DNA of 64,000 bases from Acidobacteriota bacterium (GTDB taxonomy: Bacteria > Acidobacteriota > UBA890 > WLXD01). A program made the translations under genes and the position numbers. The stretch lies in assembly GCA_965248695.1 (NCBI GenBank), contig CBDFKD010000002.1:5632001-5696000 (forward strand), written 5' to 3'. The notes beneath the pieces are model-generated. The model was not told the DNA's origin. It made no database searches and was given only the letters and a program-made list of their open reading frames with translations. How positions within the stretch are numbered: the first letter of the stretch is position 1; every line of letters begins with the position of its first letter. Shown here piece by piece: positions 1-8,941 of this stretch.

Positions 1-2227
1 GCTCGTTCTTCACCAGATAGATACGGGCGAGGAAAAGGCGCCCGCTGACCGACTGCGGGTCGATCTCGAGAGTCAGACGCAGGTAGCGCTCCTCCTCGAC
101 GAGATCGCCGCGGCCGCGAAAGATGACGCTGAGGTTGAAGGCGGCCATGCCGTTGCGCGGCGAGATCTCGAGCTCGCGGCGGTAGGCGGCGATCGCCTCA
201 TCGGGCTGTTGCCGGTTCTGGAACAGCAAGGCACGCTGGAAGTGCAGATCGGCGATGCTGTCGTTGAAGCTGCGCGCCAGGTTCAGGTGTTCCTCCGCCA
301 GGCTCAGGCGGTTGGTGGCCAGGTGCACGGCGCCGAGTCCGACGTGCGCGGCGGCCAGGATGTTGTTCGCCGGAGCATCCTCGTTGAGGCGCAACGCCTC
401 GTTGAAATAGGTCGCCGCCTCGGTGTAGGCGCGCTTGGTCTGCTTGATGCGCCCGAGGCTGATGTACAGCCGGGAATCCTGGACCGCCCGGCGCCCCCCC
501 GGCTCCAGGACGCCGGTGAAGTCCAGCAATACCTTCTCGGCCTCGTCCAACCGACCGGCCTTCCTTTGCGTGCTGGTGAGAAAGAGCACCAGGGCCGCAT
601 CCTCGGGCCGCATGGAAAGGGCGGTCTTGAAGGCTTCGATCGCCTCGTCGTGGCGGAGTTGCTCGACAAGCAGGTTGCCGAGCGACTGGTGTGCATCGAC
701 GACTCCGGCATCCGCAGCGATGACTCCCCGCAGGAGCAGCTCGGCCTCGGCCATCTCCCCATTGACGGTCAGGCGGCGGGCCCGCAGCAGGTCGTTGTAG
801 ATCTCGATCTTGTCCCTCGGGTTGGCGCGGTCGACGTCCTGGTCGCCCGCATCGGCGCTGGCGTTGCCGATGTATCCGAGTGCGGCGAGGCGCTGGAGAG
901 TCTCCTGGTCGAGCGTGACTGTGTCCGCCGGGTTGGCGTTCTCCTCGAGCTGCTCCACCAGTTCCTCGGCCTCCCGGCGCAGCGCCTCCGCCGTGGCGGC
1001 GCGCTCTGGTGCGAGATCCTGCTGCTCCTCGGGGTCCTGCAGAAGATCGTAGAGCTCCGGCTCGGGCGAGATGATGAGCTTGTGGGTGGGCTCGAGGATC
1101 GCCTGGAGCTCGCTCCAGCCGAAATGGAGGCGCGGGTAGAAGGTCTCGGCGTATATGCGCCTATCAGGCCAATCCTCGACTTCGGCCGCCTCGGCAAACA
1201 GAGGAACCAGGCTGTCGCCGTGCACGTCCTCGGGGGTCTCCAGCCCGGTCAACTCCAGCACGGTCGGCATGACGTCGATCAGCGAGACGAGCTCGTGGCG
1301 CTGGATTCCCTGCGGCTCGTCAAACGGCGTTGCGATGATCAGCGGTACCCGGATCGCGGATTCGTACAGCAGCAACCCGTGCTCGCTCTCTCCGTGCTCG
1401 CCGAGGCTCTCCCCGTGATCGGCTGTCACCACGACGTAGGTGTCGTCAGACCGGCCGGAATCGTCCAGCCACGACATCAGCCGGCCCACCAAGGAGTCGG
1501 TCCAGGCGATCTCACCAACGTAGGGCCGGTCAGCGTATCGTGACTTGAAGGGCTCAGGCGGCTCGTACGGCGTATGCGGGTCGTACAGGTGCACCCACAT
1601 GAAGAAGGGGGTCGTGTCGTCCTCGCGCACCCACGCCAGAGCGGTGTCGATGACCTCCGATCCGGAACGCTGCACGCGGCTCAGAAAGATCGCTTGCTGC
1701 TTGGGCATCTCGAAGTCGTCGAAGTAGCGGTCGAACCCCTGGGCCAGGCCCCAGCGCGAGTCGAGGACGAAGGCTCCGACGAAGGCGCCGGTGCGGTAAC
1801 CGGCCGCCTGGAAGCTCTCGGCCATGGTCTGCAGCCCTTCCGGTGCGATGTGCACGCCGTTGTCGCGCACCCCGTGGTAGGGAGGGTGGGTACCGGTGAG
1901 CAGCGACGTGTGCGACGGCAGCGTCAGCGGCGTCGAGGCGTAGGCGCGCATGAAGGTGACGCCGCGGCCGGCAAGGGCGTCGATCACCGGTGTTTCGATC
2001 TCGTCGAAGCCGTACACGCCGATACGATCGGCGCGCGTCGTGTCGAGCGTCACCAGCAGGACGTTGAGCTTGCGGTCGCCGCGGAGCTCGTCGAGGTCCG
2101 CCCCCGGGGACGCTCCCGAGCCACAGCCGATCGTCAGCAGGACGATCGCGGACACGGACGCGACAGCGGTGAGCGCTGCGATCGCACCAGGCCGCGGCAT
2201 ACGCCGACCGCGGTCGAAGCTCGGCAT
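1..2227 (-). CDS. Sulfatase-like (alkaline phosphatase superfamily) lipoprotein with C-terminal TPR repeats; 3' end runs off the window
   Basis: Not in the ORF track because no stop lies in the window. Manual translation from ATG 2227 (GGAGG upstream) gives a lipobox-like LLTIGC, then NVLLVTLDTTRADRIG and TPLTLPSHTSLLTG. The distal part is helical and TPR-like. Confidence 0.88.
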   Translation of the reverse strand, partial: MPSFDRGRRMPRPGAIAALTAVASVSAIVLLTIGCGSGASPGADLDELRGDRKLNVLLVTLDTTRADRIGVYGFDEIETPVIDALAGRGVTFMRAYASTPLTLPSHTSLLTGTHPPYHGVRDNGVHIAPEGLQTMAESFQAAGYRTGAFVGAFVLDSRWGLAQGFDRYFDDFEMPKQQAIFLSRVQRSGSEVIDTALAWVREDDTTPFFMWVHLYDPHTPYEPPEPFKSRYADRPYVGEIAWTDSLVGRLMSWLDDSGRSDDTYVVVTADHGESLGEHGESEHGLLLYESAIRVPLIIATPFDEPQGIQRHELVSLIDVMPTVLELTGLETPEDVHGDSLVPLFAEAAEVEDWPDRRIYAETFYPRLHFGWSELQAILEPTHKLIISPEPELYDLLQDPEEQQDLAPERAATAEALRREAEELVEQLEENANPADTVTLDQETLQRLAALGYIGNASADAGDQDVDRANPRDKIEIYNDLLRARRLTVNGEMAEAELLLRGVIAADAGVVDAHQSLGNLLVEQLRHDEAIEAFKTALSMRPEDAALVLFLTSTQRKAGRLDEAEKVLLDFTGVLEPGGRRAVQDSRLYISLGRIKQTKRAYTEAATYFNEALRLNEDAPANNILAAAHVGLGAVHLATNRLSLAEEHLNLARSFNDSIADLHFQRALLFQNRQQPDEAIAAYRRELEISPRNGMAAFNLSVIFRGRGDLVEEERYLRLTLEIDPQSVSGRLFLARIYLVKNE

Positions 2228-2453
2228 CCTACTCGCCTCCATCATCAGGGATCGCAGACCGCAGCCCTTTGGGGATCCTCCCAGATATTAGCGCGGATTC
2301 CCCAGATGGATCATTGATCCCGGTAGGCACCTGATGGAGTTTGCCCAGCAGACTACGGGGCAATCCAGGCATACCGATACTGACCAAGCCACGAACGTGA
2401 CTCGACAAGGCTCATCGACGGTATCCCGCGTGACGCCTCGGTTTTGACGGTAT

Positions 2454-2500
2454 GAGGCCGCGTGGCCGGGCGTGAAACGCCCGGCCACGGCAAAGGCCTC
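2454..2500. terminator. Strong GC hairpin downstream of the TonB-dependent receptor gene (terminator or mRNA-stabilising stem)
   Basis: Perfect 13-bp inverted repeat CGTGGCCGGGCGT (2461-2473) / ACGCCCGGCCACG (2477-2489), plus outer GAGGCC/GGCCTC. No clear U-tract. Confidence 0.55.
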
Positions 2501-2570
2501 GAGGTTCAGGGATCGCGAGTTTGGCGCCGATTTCGAGTTAACTTGACGGTGCCGTTCGCGTCCATTCCGA

Positions 2571-5459
2571 TCAGAAGGAGACTCGTGCCCCGAGCCGAAA
2601 CTGCCGCCCGGGCTGCAATGAGGTTGATGACCGGGGCGACCCGACCGAGGAGCCTCCGTCGACGCGGAACGTTCGGTTGATTCGCTCGCTGACGCCGGTC
2701 GGGGAGAAGTCGTTGAGCAAGTTGAATCCGTCGACCATCAGCTCCAACCGGCCTTGCGCCCCCATATTGAAGGATTTCGACAACCGCAGATCGAGCTGGT
2801 TGAGCGAGTCCCACGTCCTGCTGCCGATCTTCTCGATGTGTGTGCTGCCGTAGGGCATGTTGCGCAAAATGCGAAGTCCCCCCGCTCGGCTGTTGTGATC
2901 TACCTGGAGGTTCCACGGCCGACCCGACGACAGGTTGTAGTACATACCCGCAAGGATGCCTCCGGGCAGCCTGATGTTGCCCAGGACCTTCCAGCTCCAT
3001 TTCCTGCTGAAGCGCAACGGACCATCCATGGCGAACGGGTTGCCGTTGAAGTTCGGGTGGTTTGCCGCGTCGGGGCCCCACCCCCAGAGGCTCTCGCCGT
3101 CGCCATTCTCCAGCGTTCCCCTGTTGTTCTGGTAGGTGAGGGAGGTGCTGATGTTGAGACCGGAACCCGTTCGCCTTCGGTCCAGCGTCAGCGTCACGAT
3201 ATCGTGCGTCCGCTTGTAGTAGTCGAGGTTGCCGAGAATGGGTTCGCGAAGGCCATCTTCTTTGGAGTAGAGCGTCTGCGACGTCCCGGGCACCACGGTT
3301 CCGTCCCACAGCGTCGCGTCGGGGCTGGTGTAGTCGAAGGCTGTGTAGACGTGCGTGAGCTGGTCGATCGCCCTGATAAAGTTGCTGTCGTCTTTGTGGA
3401 TGTAGTCGACCCCCACGACCCAGTCGTCGACGAACTCGTACTCGAATCCGACGTTGAAGATATCCGTGTGCATCCCCTGCACGCCGTCGGCGAGCGGAAT
3501 TGTGGCGGCGTCGAGCGAAATCAGGTTTTCGGGTTGGAAAACAAGCTCTTGCAGCAGGAACAGTTCCGCGTCCGTCGGGTTGTTCGGGTCAGCCAACAAA
3601 CCGTCAGGTATATCGAAGTAGTACGACGCGTAGGGTTGATATGGGTCCTGGTACGCGGTGCCGCTGGCTGTAGAGACGTGTGAGATGACGCTCTTTTCGA
3701 AGTAACGCCCCCAGCTGCCATGCAGAACGGCACGGCCATCGCCGCCCAGGTCCCAGGTCCCACCAAGGCGTGGCGCCAGGTAGTTGAGCTGGTGCGCCAC
3801 GGGGGCGCCGGTCGGCTTGCCGTCGAGTCTCTCGTGCCAGTTGGTCCTCTCAAAGCGCAGCCCGAGGTTGAGGGTGACGTTGTCGGTAACGGTAACGTCA
3901 TCCTGAAGAAAGGCTGAGGAGGTTACGGTTTGGCCCTCGAGGCCAATGTCGTAGATAGACCCGTATGTGTACGAGTAGCCATAGTAGTTGTAGGTAAACA
4001 GACCCCCGAGGCCGGTATAACCAGCAATCCAGCTGGACCAACTGTCCTTGTACTGGAGACCGATCTTGGCGTCATGCGCGACGCCCAGGAAGTTGTCGAC
4101 GTATTGGGTCACCGTTCCCGAGATCTCTTTGCGGGCGTTGTCCTCGTCCTCCAGGAAGCCCCGGGTGATCCTCCTCGAGTTGTTAAACCAGTAATCGGGT
4201 AGATCGCAGCACACGATCGGGAGGCGCAAGAAGTCCGCCCTATTCGATGCGAAGCGGAGATCGGTGAAGGTGTTGTCGCCCAGCTGGGATTGCCAGGACA
4301 ACAACAGGGTCAGGCTGTTGTAATCGGTATCCATGGCGACGTCGAGCGGCGAACCTGTTCGCAGGTCGCGGTTCGTCTCGTGGCCCGGATCGTAGTTGAC
4401 CATGAACCCGAACGTGTTTTTGTCGTTGAGCAGGTAATCCACCCTGCCGTGCCCTGTCCACCGATCGTTACCCTGCTGGGCATCATCGACGGCGATTCCG
4501 CCGTCAAGCCAGATCTGATCGGCGACAACCGAATCGAGCGTCTCATTACGGCCGATGCTGCCGAAGAACAGCAGCTTGTTGCGCACAATCGGGCCACCGA
4601 TAGTGGCGGTCCATTCGCGGTCGTAGGAGTACTTGCCGCGCTCGAGATCGACGATGCCGCGCGAGTTGTCGGATCTCAGAGAGCCGTTCTCCCAGTAGAA
4701 AGAGCCGCTGCCGTGAAACTCGTTGGTGCCCCCCTTGGTCACCAGGTTGATCATCGCGCCAGTGAACTCGCTGTGCTCGGCGCTGGCGCCGACACCGACA
4801 ATCTGGATCTCGGCGATCGTATCGACGTTCGGGTTGACCCAGGTGGTACCCCATTCGTTCTCGGTGATATCAACGCCGTTGAGCCGGTAGCCGTTGGTTG
4901 CCGAACCCACCCGATGCGCGCTGGTACCCTCGGCGTGGTTGCCGCCGGCGCCATAGGCTCCCTTGTCGGCGAAGCCAGGGGCGAAGTTCGTCATGTCGGT
5001 GAACTCACGCACCACCGGAACGTTTTCCAGCATATCCGCGCCGTATGACGTCGTAAGCGATGACGACTCGATGTCGATCAACGGCGTCTCGGAGATCACG
5101 GTTACCGTCTCTGAAACCCCTGCCAGCTCCAGCTGCGCAAGCACGGTCGTGGTTGTGCCGACGTTCACCGGGACGTTGTAGGCCATCGTCTGGAAGCCGG
5201 TGAGTGAGACCGTTACGAGGTACGTTCCCGGCCTGAGATTACGGAACCGGAACTCACCCGCGACGTCGCTCGTCGCCGAGACAGATTCCTGGATGAGGTT
5301 TTGTCCCTCGATGGTGGCAGTGGCGCCGGGCAGCCCCGCGCCATCCGCGTCCACAACCTCTCCGACGACAATGCCGGTCAGCTGCTCCCCCTGCGCCATG
5401 ACCTGGGAGGGGAGTATCAGCAGCATAGCAACCGTCATGATGGCGAGCTTGGAGCGCAT
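2571..5459 (-). CDS. TonB-dependent receptor (Oar-like, N-terminal carboxypeptidase-regulatory-like domain)
   Basis: 962 aa. Signal peptide; GEVVDADGAGLPGATATI...LRPGTYLVTVSLTGF; plug motif INLVTKGGTNEFHG; LNLGLRFE; C-terminal RQFRLGARVSF; GAGGAGG RBS. Confidence 0.95.
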   Translation of the reverse strand: MRSKLAIMTVAMLLILPSQVMAQGEQLTGIVVGEVVDADGAGLPGATATIEGQNLIQESVSATSDVAGEFRFRNLRPGTYLVTVSLTGFQTMAYNVPVNVGTTTTVLAQLELAGVSETVTVISETPLIDIESSSLTTSYGADMLENVPVVREFTDMTNFAPGFADKGAYGAGGNHAEGTSAHRVGSATNGYRLNGVDITENEWGTTWVNPNVDTIAEIQIVGVGASAEHSEFTGAMINLVTKGGTNEFHGSGSFYWENGSLRSDNSRGIVDLERGKYSYDREWTATIGGPIVRNKLLFFGSIGRNETLDSVVADQIWLDGGIAVDDAQQGNDRWTGHGRVDYLLNDKNTFGFMVNYDPGHETNRDLRTGSPLDVAMDTDYNSLTLLLSWQSQLGDNTFTDLRFASNRADFLRLPIVCCDLPDYWFNNSRRITRGFLEDEDNARKEISGTVTQYVDNFLGVAHDAKIGLQYKDSWSSWIAGYTGLGGLFTYNYYGYSYTYGSIYDIGLEGQTVTSSAFLQDDVTVTDNVTLNLGLRFERTNWHERLDGKPTGAPVAHQLNYLAPRLGGTWDLGGDGRAVLHGSWGRYFEKSVISHVSTASGTAYQDPYQPYASYYFDIPDGLLADPNNPTDAELFLLQELVFQPENLISLDAATIPLADGVQGMHTDIFNVGFEYEFVDDWVVGVDYIHKDDSNFIRAIDQLTHVYTAFDYTSPDATLWDGTVVPGTSQTLYSKEDGLREPILGNLDYYKRTHDIVTLTLDRRRTGSGLNISTSLTYQNNRGTLENGDGESLWGWGPDAANHPNFNGNPFAMDGPLRFSRKWSWKVLGNIRLPGGILAGMYYNLSSGRPWNLQVDHNSRAGGLRILRNMPYGSTHIEKIGSRTWDSLNQLDLRLSKSFNMGAQGRLELMVDGFNLLNDFSPTGVSERINRTFRVDGGSSVGSPRSSTSLQPGRQFRLGARVSF

Positions 5460-5734
5460 TGCACCTCCTCTTGGGCAACGCCATCGCCATTGGCGAGCGT
5501 CGCCCGACCGGAAACTAGTTGATCTTGATAGTTCGTACTAGCATCGTACCGACGCCAATGTCAATGGACTCGGACGATCTCTCGTGCGATCACTCACGTC
5601 CTGGCGACCCGGAATTGGATGGGCAAGCGAGACCGCAAGAGACGAGAAGAAGCTGCCTACCGAGCGATTCTTCTGAAGCAGGTATGCTGGAAGCGGCGTC
5701 CGCTTGGAGGCGCAAACGGCGGACAATTGTGGCT

Positions 5735-7012
5735 ATGAAGAGCCTCTTGGCGACGCTCAGTTTGGCGCTGACGTGCATCGTCTTCGTGATCATTGAAGTG
5801 AGCGCCCAGACGATCGAAGCGCAGAGCCCGACGCAGTTAGAAACGGCCGAGCGCGCCGGGCTCGCCGCGTTGGAGAGCGGCGACCTCGAGGCAGCCGTCG
5901 AGGCCATCGGCTCGCTCGAGCAGGCCATCAGCGCGGGCCTCGGTGGCGCGGACACCTTGGTTCTGCTCGGCCGTCTACTCGCGCACTACTCCGACGACCT
6001 GTTCGGCGCCCTTCGTGCCGCTGAAGCGTTCGAGCGTGCCTTCGTCATCCGTCACGACGACGCCGAGCTATGCCGTGATCTGGCGGCCTCCTATCGCCGC
6101 ATCGGTCTCGGCCGCCAGGGCCTCGAGGCGATCGAGGCCTGCGAAGCCCCGGCACGCGGCCCGGGCCTCTGGCTCGAGCGCGGGCGTATTCTCGACAGGA
6201 TGGGCCGCTATCACGAGGCCCGTGAGGCGATGCATCAGGCAGCAGCGGCGGGGGCCGGGGCGTCGGCCGACTACGAGCTCGGCCTCATGGCGATCACCAA
6301 CCGCGACGTCGAGACGGCGATGGCTGCGTTGCAGCGCGCCGTAGCTCGCGAGCCCGGCATGGCGCCGGCCCATCTGCGCCTCGGAAGCCTACTGATCCAG
6401 GCGGGCGAGATCGACACCGCCATCACCAGCCTACGGCGCGCCATCGAGGCGTCGCCCAGGATGGCCGAAGCGCACCATCTGCTCGGTCGCGCCCTCGCGG
6501 ACGCGGGTGAGCCCGAGGCGGCATTGGCGGCTCTGGACGACGCGCTGACGGTCGATGCGGAGCTGCTCCCTGCCGCACAAGGGCGCATCGAGACATTGCA
6601 AGCCCTTGGCAGGGAAGAAGAAGCTCGGGTGGCCATGGATGAGCTCGCAGCGATGCAACAGGTGAGTCGCGAGGCCGAGTCCGGCGACTTTCTCAACATC
6701 GCAGCGGCCACACACAACATCCACGGCCTCTACTACTATCGACGGGGTGATCTGGCAGCCGCCGTCGAGCGCTTCCAGCTGGCATTGGCCATCTTCCCGG
6801 ACAACGCACTGCTGCACGAGAACCTCGCCAGAGCCTATGCAGCAGGCGGCGATCACGAACTCGCTGTCGATGCGCTGAATCGGGCGATCGAGGCGGATCC
6901 GCGTCGGCCAGACGCTTACGTGCTGCTCACCGGCCAGTACCGGGCCCTCGGGCGCCACGACGAAGCGAGCCACGTTGAGGCCCGATACCGGGCGCTTCTC
7001 GAGCAGCGCTGA
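5735..7012 (+). CDS. Secreted tetratricopeptide-repeat protein
   Basis: Start moved to ATG 5735, which gives the signal peptide MKSLLATLSLALTCIVFVIIEVSAQ. Multiple TPR-like helix pairs (AHLRLGSLL, AHHLLGRAL, HENLARAY). Confidence 0.85.
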   Translation: MKSLLATLSLALTCIVFVIIEVSAQTIEAQSPTQLETAERAGLAALESGDLEAAVEAIGSLEQAISAGLGGADTLVLLGRLLAHYSDDLFGALRAAEAFERAFVIRHDDAELCRDLAASYRRIGLGRQGLEAIEACEAPARGPGLWLERGRILDRMGRYHEAREAMHQAAAAGAGASADYELGLMAITNRDVETAMAALQRAVAREPGMAPAHLRLGSLLIQAGEIDTAITSLRRAIEASPRMAEAHHLLGRALADAGEPEAALAALDDALTVDAELLPAAQGRIETLQALGREEEARVAMDELAAMQQVSREAESGDFLNIAAATHNIHGLYYYRRGDLAAAVERFQLALAIFPDNALLHENLARAYAAGGDHELAVDALNRAIEADPRRPDAYVLLTGQYRALGRHDEASHVEARYRALLEQR

Positions 7013-7026
7013 GCAGGGGGCGAGCC

Positions 7027-8736
7027 GTGATGGCGGAGAGTATTCGAGCGGGCGCAATCCTGGGCGTGCTCGTCTTGATCGCCCCCGAAGGCTTGTCGGG
7101 ACAGCTTCGCCCCACGTTCCGTTTCGTCGAGGCCGCCGACGACGTCGGCCTGCTGTTCGACCATCACCACGGCGGTACGGGCGAGCGTTACCTCGTGGAG
7201 ACCATGGGATCGGGAGTGGCGACCGTCGACTACGACGCGGACGGGCGGACGGACGTGTATTTCGTACAATCCGCCGCAACACTGGGCTATGAGCCTTCCG
7301 GTCCGTTGCCCAACCGGCTCTTTCGCAACCGGTCATCCGGATACGAGGGCGGGGCGCGCTTCGTCGACGTCACGACCGCGTCCGGTGCCGGTGACGCGTC
7401 GTACGGTCAGGGCGTCGCCGCCGCCGACTACGACAACGACGGCTTTGTCGACCTGTACGTGACCAACTACGGTCCCAACGTTCTGCTGCGCAACAACGGC
7501 GACGGTACGTTCGAGGAAGTCGGCGTCAACGGCGGGGCCGACGACCAGCGTTGGAGTACATCGGCCGCCTGGGGCGACGTGGACCTGGATGGCGACCTCG
7601 ACCTCTACGTCGCCAACTACCTCGATTTCCGCTGGGACAACCACCGATACTGCGGAAAACCGCACCTGCAACTCCAGGCCTACTGCTCACCAGAGGCCTA
7701 CGCCGGAGTTTCGGACCTCCTCTACCGCAACGACGGTGACGGCTTCAGCGACGTCTCGGAGACGGCTGGCGTGGTCAACCCCGAGGAGGGCAAAGGTCTT
7801 GGTGTGATCTTCGTGGACTACGACGACGACGGGGACGCAGACCTCTATGTGGCCAACGACTCGACTCGCAACTTCCTCTACACCAACGACGGCCATGGTG
7901 GCTTCGTCGACGACGCCCTGCTCGCGGGCGCGGGGTTCAACAGGGACGGGCGGGTCGAGGGCGGGATGGGGGTCGATGCCGGCGACTACGATGGTGACGG
8001 CACGCTGGACCTTTTGGTGACCAACCTCGATCTCGAAACCAATACGCTCTACCGGGGTCTCGGGACAAGCAGCTTCAGGGACGCCAGCTTCGACGCGGGT
8101 CTCGGCGTGTCGAGCTTGATGAGCGTCGGCTTCGGCACCAACTGGATCGACGTCGACAACGACGGCGACCTCGATCTGTTCGTCGCCAACGGCCACGTCA
8201 ACGACCTCACCGCGCAGCTGCGCCAGGGCACGACTTACCGACAGCCCAACCACCTGTACCTGAACATCGGCGGCGGACGTTTCGATTCGGCGCACGCCCG
8301 CCTCGCCTCGGATCCGGTGACTGCCAAGGTCTCGCGAGGATCGGCGATCGCCGATCTCGACGAAGACGGCGATCTCGACATCGTGGTGAGCAACAACAAC
8401 CAGACTGCCGACTACCTGCGCAACGAAGGCGGCAATCGCGCCGGCGCCTTCATTCAGCTGTTGCTCGTGGGCTCGCAGGCAAATCGCTCTGCCAGCGGCG
8501 CCCGGGTGCGGGTGCAACTGGAAGGGCGAGCTCAGGTGATGGAGGTGAGGACCGGGTCTTCCTATGCGTCCACCAGCACGCCCCGGCTGCACGTCGGGCT
8601 GGGTGAGGCTCGTGCGGCCGATGTCACGATTCGCTGGCCGGGCGGCGGCATCGAGCGAATTGACCGGCTCATCGCAGGCCGGCTGTACGTCGTGCGCGAG
8701 GGTCGTGGGGTCGTCGCCTCACGCTTGTTGAACTGA
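7027..8736 (+). CDS. CRTAC1-family protein (FG-GAP/VCBS repeats + ASPIC/UnbV domain)
   Basis: ETMGSG, repeated DYDNDGxxDLYV motifs, SRGSAIADLDEDGDLD, C-terminal NRSASGARV...LHVGLG...IRWP. Confidence 0.93.
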   Translation: MMAESIRAGAILGVLVLIAPEGLSGQLRPTFRFVEAADDVGLLFDHHHGGTGERYLVETMGSGVATVDYDADGRTDVYFVQSAATLGYEPSGPLPNRLFRNRSSGYEGGARFVDVTTASGAGDASYGQGVAAADYDNDGFVDLYVTNYGPNVLLRNNGDGTFEEVGVNGGADDQRWSTSAAWGDVDLDGDLDLYVANYLDFRWDNHRYCGKPHLQLQAYCSPEAYAGVSDLLYRNDGDGFSDVSETAGVVNPEEGKGLGVIFVDYDDDGDADLYVANDSTRNFLYTNDGHGGFVDDALLAGAGFNRDGRVEGGMGVDAGDYDGDGTLDLLVTNLDLETNTLYRGLGTSSFRDASFDAGLGVSSLMSVGFGTNWIDVDNDGDLDLFVANGHVNDLTAQLRQGTTYRQPNHLYLNIGGGRFDSAHARLASDPVTAKVSRGSAIADLDEDGDLDIVVSNNNQTADYLRNEGGNRAGAFIQLLLVGSQANRSASGARVRVQLEGRAQVMEVRTGSSYASTSTPRLHVGLGEARAADVTIRWPGGGIERIDRLIAGRLYVVREGRGVVASRLLN

Positions 8737-8941
8737 CGATCGAGGACTTGCCGCGCACTCTGACACGGACGTCCGGTGTCTTGTTGATCGAGACCTCCTC
8801 GCAGCAGTGGGGCGATCCCTTTCATCGCTCAACGGTTGACCTGCCATCGCCGCTGCTGCCAACGTAGCCGGGCTCGGCAACACGACGCCGACGACAAGAG
8901 CCAACGCTCGGATGAATCGAGCCCGGTCAAGGAGGCGAGAG

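Noticed and set aside
209-2317. Long plus-strand ORFs 209-1543 and 1574-2317
   Set aside because: Antisense shadows of the minus-strand sulfatase-TPR gene; no recognisable motifs.
8719-8904. Short minus-strand ORF with a hydrophobic, signal-like N-terminus
   Set aside because: No RBS or recognisable domain; not enough evidence to call a gene.
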